The notes below the pieces were generated by a model that was given only the letters and a program-made list of their open reading frames with translations, did no database searches and was not told the origin of the DNA. From NCBI GenBank assembly GCA_964388265.1, contig CAYLXZ010000015.1:1-15773 (forward strand): a stretch of DNA of 15,773 bases. The letters run 5' to 3'. The position numbers were made by a program, and so were the translations under genes. Source of the stretch: Candidatus Micrarchaeota archaeon (GTDB taxonomy: Archaea; B1Sed10-29). This document shows, piece after piece, positions 1-7,952 of the stretch (position 1 is the stretch's first letter; each line of letters starts with the position of its first letter).

Positions 1-2
1 CA

Positions 3-1271
3 TATGAAACCAGCGGAACCTCTAACGGCCTTGTGACAGGAGTAGGGGGTGCTGGATTTTCAGGGGTTCCAGCAGGAAGCGTGTCAATGTTTACAAGGTA
101 CGATAATGGGAATGCCAATCAAATTTACACTGATGATACTTATAATAATGGTAATTGGCATCACGTGGCATTTACCTTTGATTATGATATGACGGATGCA
201 AGTGGTCTTAATATATATGTAGATGGGGAAGATGTTTCTACTTCCGTGGAAAGAAGCCAGGGAGGAGGTGGAAGTTGGGTAAGTAAGAACGTGGACATCG
301 GATACGGAGGAGATAGGGGATACTACTTCAATGGTTCGTTGGACGATGCCCGCATCTACAACCGTAGCTTATCAGCCACGGAGATAGAGGAGCTGTATAA
401 CGAGACACAGCCGGATACAGGTCCTTCTTTAGATCTGGAGGAAATAGCTCCGAATGAAGTAGTAGGAGATCTCACAGCCAATGGAGTAAATACCTTAAAC
501 AAGACTGTAAACGGAGAACCATACGATGGATCATTCAATGGAATCAAAGGATTCGAAATAAGAGACGGAACCACAGTACTCGCGAACATCACACACAACT
601 TCACACACAGCGATCTAAACATCTCAAACATCAATATACTACAAAGGCCAAATCAATCTTGGATAGGAATAAACAATACTGGAACAGCAACAGGCACAAC
701 CAACCTACACATAGCCATGAACGGATCAAACTGCAACCCAGTAATCAACCACACCGAAATAAACGCAACACAAGTAACAAACTGGGAAAACACAACAAAC
801 TACAAAAACACAACCAACACATGCATAATACAAAACATAACAGGAACCGTAACAAAAGACACCGAAACCACCACCGAGAACATCACAGTAAACCTCATGT
901 CCCCAGAAAATGGAGCAGAAAAAGAACCAGGAGACATAGGCTTCACATTCAACTACACATCCAACGTATACGAATCAGCAAACTGCACATTAAAACTAAA
1001 CGGAACAGAGACGAACACATCAATTGTGCAGAACGATACTACAGAAACCTACACAAACAACCTAAACACCGGAACCTACAACTGGAATGTAACCTGTACA
1101 AACAGCTCCACAACAGACACATCACCTACATGGGCACTCAACATAACACAAGAAACAATAGTGGTAGAAGCAACCCAAACAACCACAAGCGCATCTGGCT
1201 TGGAACCTATGCTAGTTGTTATGACTTTCCTACTGGCTACAGTTTACTTTTTCTATAGAGAAGAAAGATAA
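3..1271 (+). CDS. Cell-surface glycoprotein, 5'-truncated by the window: LamG-like jellyroll domain, Asn/Thr-rich stalk, Ig-like domain, C-terminal membrane anchor
   Basis: The frame is open from position 3 (YETSGTSNGLV...), so the GTG at 33 is probably not the true start. LamG signatures are present: WHHVAFTFD, LNIYVDG, FNGSLDDARIYNRSLSATEIEELYN. Ig-like module VNLMSPENG...NCTLKLNG...GTYNWNVTC. More than 20 N-X-S/T sequons. Ends with hydrophobic MLVVMTFLLATVYFFY followed by REER. Confidence 0.85.
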   Translation, partial: YETSGTSNGLVTGVGGAGFSGVPAGSVSMFTRYDNGNANQIYTDDTYNNGNWHHVAFTFDYDMTDASGLNIYVDGEDVSTSVERSQGGGGSWVSKNVDIGYGGDRGYYFNGSLDDARIYNRSLSATEIEELYNETQPDTGPSLDLEEIAPNEVVGDLTANGVNTLNKTVNGEPYDGSFNGIKGFEIRDGTTVLANITHNFTHSDLNISNINILQRPNQSWIGINNTGTATGTTNLHIAMNGSNCNPVINHTEINATQVTNWENTTNYKNTTNTCIIQNITGTVTKDTETTTENITVNLMSPENGAEKEPGDIGFTFNYTSNVYESANCTLKLNGTETNTSIVQNDTTETYTNNLNTGTYNWNVTCTNSSTTDTSPTWALNITQETIVVEATQTTTSASGLEPMLVVMTFLLATVYFFYREER

Positions 1272-1276
1272 GAAGG

Positions 1277-1801
1277 TTAGGTTTTTCTCTCAGATAGATC
1301 AAGGTGATCCTTCTCAATCTCTATAATGGCTCTGAAGAACTCCTCTACCTCTGGTTCATCTGCTCTGCGGGCGAATTCACCATACCTCTGTATAGCTCTC
1401 TCCTCTCTGTCATGAGCGTCCGTGTAGTTCTCCCTAGCTTCCTCAGAACAAGACTTTGTCGAACCTATGTTTCTTCTATCTATCTCCGCTATATTCGCAA
1501 GCGCCTTAGCATGCTGTTCCTCAATTCCACCAAGTCTTTCAAACGTCTCCGCCTCATCCTCGTCTTGTGTCTCGTCTCCGGCACAGTAGTAGAACTTCGC
1601 GTTATCTACCTCGAGTTTGATCGCTTTCTTGATCATATCCAGGTCATTATCGGTTACTTTATCTGGTTTGAGTCTATTGAACTCCTCTCTCTCGAGGTTG
1701 ACTAAGTATCGTGCTCTTGCTCCGCAGTAAGGGCACTGAGTAGGTTTCTTATCACCAAGGTAAACTTCTCCGCATATCCTGCATCTGTATCCTCCGTACA
1801 T
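1277..1801 (-). CDS. Rubredoxin-like plus ferritin-like di-iron protein (reverse rubrerythrin architecture)
   Basis: N-terminal CRIC...CPYC metal site, followed by four-helix-bundle ligands (LEVDNAKFY, EEQH, EERAIQRY, EKDH). SD AGGTGA lies 5 nt before the ATG. Confidence 0.88.
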   Translation of the reverse strand: MYGGYRCRICGEVYLGDKKPTQCPYCGARARYLVNLEREEFNRLKPDKVTDNDLDMIKKAIKLEVDNAKFYYCAGDETQDEDEAETFERLGGIEEQHAKALANIAEIDRRNIGSTKSCSEEARENYTDAHDREERAIQRYGEFARRADEPEVEEFFRAIIEIEKDHLDLSERKT

Positions 1802-1831
1802 CTAAATCACCTAGATAGAACACGTTTCCCC

Positions 1832-1848
1832 TGGATAAAAATCTTTTC
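1832..1848 (-). promoter_or_regulatory. Putative BRE/TATA promoter of the rubrerythrin-like gene
   Basis: The minus strand reads GAAAAG-A-TTTTTATCC about 30-45 nt upstream of the ATG at 1801. Confidence 0.4.
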
Positions 1849-1868
1849 ACCAACCTGAAACGGAAGTT

Positions 1869-1881
1869 ACTTATTTAATAA
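1869..1881 (+). promoter_or_regulatory. Putative TATA box for the small ORF
   Basis: TTATTTAATA at 1871-1880, about 25-35 nt before the ATG at 1906. Confidence 0.4.
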
Positions 1882-1905
1882 AAAACAAAAATACACGTGA
1901 TCAAT

Positions 1906-2127
1906 ATGGATATGGAGAAGATAGATAAACAAGACAAACCCAGCAAAGAAATACAAAGCAGTCTAGAGGATATAGAGAACTTCGCAGAAGGAAACTACAA
2001 AGACATACTACAGAAAAGCGATGTAGACAAAGAAGAACTAAAAGAACTGACCAAGAGATCAGGAGTAAGCAAAGTCACAGCCAAAGAACTCCTAGAAGCA
2101 AGCGAAGAACCAGAAAACAAGGAATAG
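1906..2127 (+). CDS. Small acidic hypothetical protein
   Basis: Codon usage matches the other plus-strand genes. The GTGA at 1897-1900 looks like an SD remnant 5 nt before ATG 1906, so I prefer 1906 (or 1912) over GTG 1897. Confidence 0.65.
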   Translation: MDMEKIDKQDKPSKEIQSSLEDIENFAEGNYKDILQKSDVDKEELKELTKRSGVSKVTAKELLEASEEPENKE

Positions 2128-2137
2128 GCCATCAGGA

Positions 2138-2146
2138 TTTATATAA
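2138..2146 (+). promoter_or_regulatory. TATA box for the radical SAM-alaS unit
   Basis: Consensus TTTATATA at 2138-2145, about 35-40 nt before ATG 2180. Confidence 0.55.
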
Positions 2147-2179
2147 AATGAGTTCTTATACCAACATTGAGGCTGAACC

Positions 2180-2935
2180 ATGAAGATAAACATAGGGAGA
2201 ATAGATCCATTCTCAAGCCTAGAGTACCCAGGCGAACCAGCCGCGGTAATCTATCTAGCAGGATGCAACCTCAAATGTCCATGGTGCTGGAGCCACGACA
2301 TCCTCGATCCAATGCAAGGACAAGAAAGAGAAACCCAAGACGTGATTCAAGAGATAGAAGAAGACCCAGGAGACATAGAAGCCGTGGTCATAGACGGAGG
2401 AGAACCAACACAGCAACCAGAACCCCTAAAATATCTATGTAAAACACTAGAATCAGAAGGATACAAAATACAGATCAACACCAATGGATCAAACCCAGAA
2501 GTAATCGACGAACTAGGAATAAGAGACCAAATACATAGGCTAGGGCTCGATGTCAAGGCACCACTCGAATTCCAAAGAAGATACAGCAAAGTAATCGGCA
2601 GAAAAGTAAGCGAAGAACACCTAGAAGGAATAAAAGAAATCCTAAGAGGAAGCAGCATGTGCAGCTACGAAATAGAACCAAGAACCACCGTGATACCTGA
2701 TTTAATGGATTCACCACACAGAATAAAAGAAATAGCAGAAGAAATATCACTATACACCGACAGATACCTACTACAAGCATTCACACCAGAAAGAGGAACA
2801 CTAGACCCAGAGTTCGAAGAGAAGAACAAGGTAACTCGAGAACAACTAATAGAACTAGGGAAAAAAGCTCAAGAACACATAGATCTAGTGAAGATAAGAA
2901 CACCTTCAACAGGAGAAGAAAAATTATCAAGATAA
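2180..2935 (+). CDS. Radical SAM glycyl-radical activating enzyme family (anaerobic ribonucleotide reductase activase, NrdG-like)
   Basis: SSLEYPGEPAAVIYLAGCNLKCPWC contains CX3CX2C. Also GGEPT, TNGS, LDVKAP, EPRTTVIP and YLLQAF, all typical of this family. Confidence 0.85.
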   Translation: MKINIGRIDPFSSLEYPGEPAAVIYLAGCNLKCPWCWSHDILDPMQGQERETQDVIQEIEEDPGDIEAVVIDGGEPTQQPEPLKYLCKTLESEGYKIQINTNGSNPEVIDELGIRDQIHRLGLDVKAPLEFQRRYSKVIGRKVSEEHLEGIKEILRGSSMCSYEIEPRTTVIPDLMDSPHRIKEIAEEISLYTDRYLLQAFTPERGTLDPEFEEKNKVTREQLIELGKKAQEHIDLVKIRTPSTGEEKLSR

Positions 2936-2947
2936 AAAAGGATTCCA

Positions 2948-5650
2948 ATGCAACTGGAAAAACTCAAGAAAAAACTAAAAAAGAAAACAGATAAAGATCC
3001 AGAGAAATACTACCCTACAAAGATACTTAAAGACAAAGGTTACACCAGGCAGAAATGCAGCAACTGCGGAGAATACTACTGGGCCCTGGAAGAAACGGAA
3101 ACATGCAACGAACCAGAATGCACAGGAGGATACAGCTTCATAGGCAATCCACCAGGACAGAAAGAAGACATAGACTACATAAAAAGCTGGAAAAGCTTTG
3201 AAGAACACATGGAACAAAGAGGATACACCTCAATAAAAAGATACCCAGTAGTATCCCGATGGAGAAACGACTCATACTGGACAAACGCCTCAATCTACAA
3301 CTTCCAACCACACGTAGTATCAGGAGAAGTAGAACCACCAGCCAACCCACTCATAGTTCCACAGATGTGCATGAGATTCAACGACATAGATAACGTAGGA
3401 ATATCAGGAAGACACAACACCTCATTCATCATGACAGGACAACACGCATTCAAAGAACCCAGTGAATTCAACCAAACCCAGTACTTCAAAGACTACTTCA
3501 CATGGTTCACAGACACCCTAAAGATCCCTAAGAAGGACTTAGTGATACATGAAGATCAATGGGGAGGCGGAGGAAACCTCGGAGTATCCATGGAAATATT
3601 CTCCAGAGGACTAGAACTCGGAAACCAAGTCTACATGAACTACAAGATCACAGGAAACAACTACGAACCCCTAGACCTACAGGTACTTGACATGGGAATG
3701 GGACAAGCAAGAATACCATGGCTACTAACCGGAAAACACACAATCTACCAAGTACAGTTCCCAACAGTATGCAAACACCTATTCAAACAAACAGGACTAA
3801 AAGAAACCCAGAACTACAAGAACTTCCTATCCTACTCAGGGACAATGGACCTAGAAGAAATCACGGACATGGAGAAAAAATGGAAAAAAGCAGCAGAAAC
3901 CGTAGGAACAAACAAAGAAAAACTCAAAGAACAAGTACTACCAATAGCTAACCTATACTCAATAGCCGACCACCTCAGAACACTCCTATTCGCGATCACC
4001 GACGGAGCACTACCAAGCAACACCTCGGGAGGATACAACCTAAGAACACTCTACAGAAGAGCCCATGATTACAAACAGAAACATGGCTGGGACATAGACT
4101 TCATGAAAGTAGCTGAAAAACACGCAGAGTACCTAGAGCCACTTTTCCCAGAGACTCAGCAACACCTAGATGAATTAAACGAAATACTAAACCACGAGGA
4201 GAAGAAGTACAAACAGACACTTAAAGAATCCAAGAAATACATAGAGAAAGCAATAGAGACGGAGAAACTAACACCAGAGAAGATAATGAATCTGTATGAT
4301 ACAAAAGGGATATCACCCGAGACACTGAAACAAGAAGCAAAGAAAAAAGGAAAAGAAATAGAGATACCACCCGACTTATACGCCAGAATAGCGGAGAAAC
4401 ACTCAGGAGAACAGGAAGAGAAAGAAATCCCTGAATTAGATGTAGATGTATCGAAATATCCAAAGACAGAGACACTTTACCACGAAGAAGACCTAGAGTT
4501 CCAAGGAACCTACGAATTCAAAGCAGAAGTAATAGGAAACGAAAAGTTAAACGGAGAAAACTACGTGATACTCAATAAAACCGGTTTCTACCCAGAGTCA
4601 GGGGGACAAGAACCCGACCACGGTAGAATAAACGGATTAAAGATAGAAGACGTTCAGAAAAAAGAAGGAGTAATACTGCACAGAACGCCAGAGAAGATAG
4701 AGAAAGGAAAAACAGTTAAAGGAAAGATAGATAAAGAAAGAAGAGAGAACCTAACCAGGCACCATACCGCCACGCATATAATAAACGGAGCAGCTAAACG
4801 AGTACTAGGAGACCACGTATGGCAAGCAGGAGCCAAGAAACACAAAGACCGAGCAAGAATAGACCTAACACACTACGAGATACCGAGCAAAGAAGAAGTG
4901 AAAAAGATAGAAGAAAAAGCCAACCAAGCGATAAAGAAAGAACTAGAGATAGAGAAGAAGGTGATGAGCAAGAGAGACGCAGAGGAAAAGTACGGATTCA
5001 GAATATACCAAGGAGGATACGTACCAGGGAACAAGGTGAGGATAGTGGACATAAAGAACTGGGACACAGAAGCCTGCGGAGGAACCCACTGCAACAACAC
5101 CAGAGAAGTAGGTGCTATAAAAATAACGCGTGTTTCAAAAAAACAAGACGGAGTGATAAGAATGGAATACACAGCAGGAGAAAAACTAAGAGAACTCCTA
5201 GAAGAAAAAGAAGAAAAACTCAACCAAATAGCCGAAACAGTCAAATCAAATCCAAACAAAGTAGTTGAGAAAGTAAAGAAGATGAAGGAAGAATGGAAAG
5301 AAAGAGAAAAGAAAATAAAAGAACTAAGAAATAAAATAGCTCATGGAGAAGACATGGATAAAGGAGAAAAAGTACGTTACCTTGAAAACGCCGACATGGA
5401 GCTAATGCAGAGGATAGCCGACAAACAGATAAAAGAAAACCCAGAGAGCTACATAATCTTAATCACGGAAGGATCAGTACTAGGTAAAAAAGGCAACGAA
5501 TGCAACGTAGACATAAAGAAATACGTAGAGAAAGCAGCTGGAATTATGGAAGGATCTGCAGGAGGAAACGAATACGAAATCAAGGGCGGGGGACCCAAGA
5601 AAGAAAAAGCAAAGAAAGCATACAAAGAAATCAAGAAAAAACTCCAATGA
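2948..5650 (+). CDS. alaS: Alanine--tRNA ligase, archaeal type
   Basis: Archaeal N-terminal CxxC...C..C extension. Catalytic domain RYPVVSRWR, ASIYNFQP, RFNDIDNVG.SGRH, GLELGN, DMGMG, IADHLRT. Editing domain FYPESGGQ, HTATH, CGGTHC. C-terminal Gly-rich DHHA1-like end. Confidence 0.97.
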   Translation: MQLEKLKKKLKKKTDKDPEKYYPTKILKDKGYTRQKCSNCGEYYWALEETETCNEPECTGGYSFIGNPPGQKEDIDYIKSWKSFEEHMEQRGYTSIKRYPVVSRWRNDSYWTNASIYNFQPHVVSGEVEPPANPLIVPQMCMRFNDIDNVGISGRHNTSFIMTGQHAFKEPSEFNQTQYFKDYFTWFTDTLKIPKKDLVIHEDQWGGGGNLGVSMEIFSRGLELGNQVYMNYKITGNNYEPLDLQVLDMGMGQARIPWLLTGKHTIYQVQFPTVCKHLFKQTGLKETQNYKNFLSYSGTMDLEEITDMEKKWKKAAETVGTNKEKLKEQVLPIANLYSIADHLRTLLFAITDGALPSNTSGGYNLRTLYRRAHDYKQKHGWDIDFMKVAEKHAEYLEPLFPETQQHLDELNEILNHEEKKYKQTLKESKKYIEKAIETEKLTPEKIMNLYDTKGISPETLKQEAKKKGKEIEIPPDLYARIAEKHSGEQEEKEIPELDVDVSKYPKTETLYHEEDLEFQGTYEFKAEVIGNEKLNGENYVILNKTGFYPESGGQEPDHGRINGLKIEDVQKKEGVILHRTPEKIEKGKTVKGKIDKERRENLTRHHTATHIINGAAKRVLGDHVWQAGAKKHKDRARIDLTHYEIPSKEEVKKIEEKANQAIKKELEIEKKVMSKRDAEEKYGFRIYQGGYVPGNKVRIVDIKNWDTEACGGTHCNNTREVGAIKITRVSKKQDGVIRMEYTAGEKLRELLEEKEEKLNQIAETVKSNPNKVVEKVKKMKEEWKEREKKIKELRNKIAHGEDMDKGEKVRYLENADMELMQRIADKQIKENPESYIILITEGSVLGKKGNECNVDIKKYVEKAAGIMEGSAGGNEYEIKGGGPKKEKAKKAYKEIKKKLQ

Positions 5651-5659
5651 AGTACCCTG

Positions 5660-5676
5660 GAAAAGAATTATAAATA
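5660..5676 (+). promoter_or_regulatory. BRE/TATA promoter of the two membrane-protein genes
   Basis: GAAAAG (5660-5665) followed by TTATAAAT (5668-5675). Confidence 0.5.
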
Positions 5677-5698
5677 AAAACCCCTTTACTAACCCAAG

Positions 5699-7078
5699 GT
5701 GGTAAATATAAACAAAACAATCAAAGCAATACTAGCCATCCTACTAATCTCAACACCCGTACTAAGCCAAGTATCGCTAGATGAAGCAACGGACGAAGCC
5801 GTAAAATTCAAAGAACCAGCAGAAGGAATCAACCTAGAACCAAAACACAAAGTAAACGTAGGAAACACTGAATACTGGCCATTCGAGATAACAGACCTAG
5901 GGAAAATACAGTTCATAGTCCCGATAAACGCAGAAACCGGAGAAGTAGCGGACAACACCACCTGGACCCCTATAATGGAAACACACTACCTAGCAAACTT
6001 CTTCAAAACCACCGACTCAATAAAAGGATACCTAGACTCTGCTCAATCATTCGGAGAAGGCAAAGAAAGCACCTTCTCATCCGCAAAAGAAGAACTAGAA
6101 TCCTTCTACGAACCTCAAATAAACATTACACTCAACAATATGGATCCTCTTCAAAACAAGTTAGGAGAAGCCGCAGATGCTGCGAAGACACTGCAATCAG
6201 ACTCAATAGACACATCGTCACAAATAGAAAACCTAAATACACCTAGTGACGTGACAAAAGCAGAACAAAACATAAAATCAGTTATAAATCAGCAAAGAAG
6301 TCTTATAAATATAGGTGAAGAAGTAAACTCCAGGGCAAACGACCTAGAACAAGAAGTAGTAGCAGCAAGAGACGAAGGAGAAATAGACAGTGGAGTAGCT
6401 ACATCAATCCTTTCAATAACTGATGGTGTAAAATCAGACTACATACAAGTAAGAAACAATCTTCAAGGAAGCGAAAACACCCTTAACAGCTTCCTAGACT
6501 CCCTTGACTCAAAGATAGAAGACTTCAAAACAAAGTTACAGAAGAGAATGGAGATTCCAGAAGAACAAAAAACAAGAAACCAGATACTCGAACAACTAGA
6601 CAACTACCAAACAAAAGTCAACAAACTAGTAAACAACTCCCAAGACCTCCCCTACTCCTACCTACAAGGAGAAGGCTTCCAAGACACCTCAGAAAGCACC
6701 CTAAACATGATTCAAGATTCAATTAGTGACTGCCAAACAGACAACATCAGCAAATGTAAAGAAGCAATAGACCAATACCAAGAAATAGAGAGCAGTATCC
6801 AAGAAATGAACCAAACAATACAAGACTACGAACCCTGCACCGAAGGAGAAACCAAAGAATGCACAGTAAACGGACAACAAGGAATACAACAATGTCAAAA
6901 CGGACAATGGACCACATGCACACCAACAGACACCGGAGGAGTAAACTGGGGTCTAGTAGGAGGACTAACGATAATACTAGCAGTACTAATCCTATACAAA
7001 TTCAAAGACAAGATCTTCCAAGGAGGTGAAGACCATGAACAAAAAAAGAAACAAGGACCCGAAAACCTATGGAGTTAA
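5699..7078 (+). CDS. Exported single-pass membrane protein: signal peptide, PepSY-like segment, long helical/coiled-coil region, Cys-rich module, TM helix, charged tail (start may be ATA 5708)
   Basis: Signal peptide NKTIKAILAILLISTPVLS. VPINAETGEV motif. Heptad-like middle region. CTEGETKEC...QCQNGQWTTC module. TM WGLVGGLTIILAVLILY followed by KFKDK. Confidence 0.8.
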   Translation: MVNINKTIKAILAILLISTPVLSQVSLDEATDEAVKFKEPAEGINLEPKHKVNVGNTEYWPFEITDLGKIQFIVPINAETGEVADNTTWTPIMETHYLANFFKTTDSIKGYLDSAQSFGEGKESTFSSAKEELESFYEPQINITLNNMDPLQNKLGEAADAAKTLQSDSIDTSSQIENLNTPSDVTKAEQNIKSVINQQRSLINIGEEVNSRANDLEQEVVAARDEGEIDSGVATSILSITDGVKSDYIQVRNNLQGSENTLNSFLDSLDSKIEDFKTKLQKRMEIPEEQKTRNQILEQLDNYQTKVNKLVNNSQDLPYSYLQGEGFQDTSESTLNMIQDSISDCQTDNISKCKEAIDQYQEIESSIQEMNQTIQDYEPCTEGETKECTVNGQQGIQQCQNGQWTTCTPTDTGGVNWGLVGGLTIILAVLILYKFKDKIFQGGEDHEQKKKQGPENLWS

Positions 7079-7871
7079 AATCGGTATCACAATCCTCATA
7101 CTCCTAATCACAGTCACAACACTAGGTCAAGGTCAAATAACCGGAAAAATGAACCTGACAAAAAAAGAAATCTACAGAACCGAATCAACAACACTCAAAG
7201 CAAAGATAAGCAACCACATAGGAGGACACACCGTCGACGACATAAAACTAAAACTACAGAACCAAGAACTCGAACTAGAAGAAGAATACTCTCTGGGAGA
7301 ACTAAGCCCAGGTCAATCATGGACAATAGAACCTCTGGAAATTCAAACAAACAAAGAAACTCCAGTAGGAAACCATTCAATCCAAGCAAACCTACAATAC
7401 GAAGAAACTGCCATGAAACTCGTACCAATGAACCTAAAAATCAAAGAAAATCCTCTGAAACTACAGATCAGCCTAGAAAAAGGAGAAACACCACGAGAAG
7501 GAACAAATACACTTCAAATTGAAGCAGAAAACATAGGTAACAATACCCTAAACCAAGTTACCATAGACCCAGATTTCGGTAAACTAGCCTACCTCAACAT
7601 CAAAGGGAAATGCAGAAAACAAATAGACAGCCTAAACCCCAAAGAATCCTTTACAGGAGTCTGCGAGTTCCAAGCAACCGAAGAATCACCCAGCGAATAC
7701 GACTTACCCATCCACTCGAGCTTCATAGATCAAGAAGAGGAAAAACACGAATTCAAAGACTACAAGAAGATCCCAGTAGAATCAGGAATAAACCTCCCAG
7801 GACTAAAAGCAATAGTAATAGGCGTACTGATCATAGCGACCCTTATACTCCTAGTAAGAAGATTCCTCTAG
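7035..7871 (+). CDS. Membrane-anchored protein with two Ig/CARDB-like beta-sandwich domains (COG1361 S-layer-domain-like)
   Basis: Strong SD GGAGGTGA at 7022-7029 places the start at ATG 7035. N-terminal hydrophobic segment. Repeated motifs LGELSPGQS and IDSLNPKES, and ISNHIG/AENIGN. C-terminal TM AIVIGVLIIATLILLV followed by RRFL. Confidence 0.78.
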   Translation: MNKKRNKDPKTYGVKIGITILILLITVTTLGQGQITGKMNLTKKEIYRTESTTLKAKISNHIGGHTVDDIKLKLQNQELELEEEYSLGELSPGQSWTIEPLEIQTNKETPVGNHSIQANLQYEETAMKLVPMNLKIKENPLKLQISLEKGETPREGTNTLQIEAENIGNNTLNQVTIDPDFGKLAYLNIKGKCRKQIDSLNPKESFTGVCEFQATEESPSEYDLPIHSSFIDQEEEKHEFKDYKKIPVESGINLPGLKAIVIGVLIIATLILLVRRFL

Positions 7872-7885
7872 AAACACTCCTCCAC

Positions 7886-7900
7886 CCGTAATATTATTTA
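7886..7900 (+). promoter_or_regulatory. Putative BRE/TATA promoter of mcm
   Basis: CCGTAA-TA-TTATTTA. SD AGGTGA at 7943-7948 precedes ATG 7953. Confidence 0.45.
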
Positions 7901-7952
7901 GGAGGAAACACAGAAAAATAATACTGAACATTATTACAATACAGGTGACTAG

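Noticed and set aside
720..1190. AAC/ACA-rich stretch resembling a tandem repeat or a DGR template region
   Set aside because: It is explained by Asn/Thr-rich coding with A/C codon bias. I saw no discrete repeat unit, no matching second copy and no reverse transcriptase in the window.
659..1258. 199-aa His/Arg/Asn-rich alternative plus-frame ORF inside the surface-protein gene
   Set aside because: It is a by-product of the T-poor strand, where stop codons are rare. It has no motifs, and the main frame is clearly coding.
7026..7034. GTG start at 7026 given by the ORF track
   Set aside because: The GTG is part of the GGAGGTGA SD sequence. ATG 7035 has the proper spacing.
7872..7952. Possible replication origin next to mcm
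   Set aside because: The gap is only about 80 nt, with no ORB-like repeats or G-strings and no orc1/cdc6 gene in the window.
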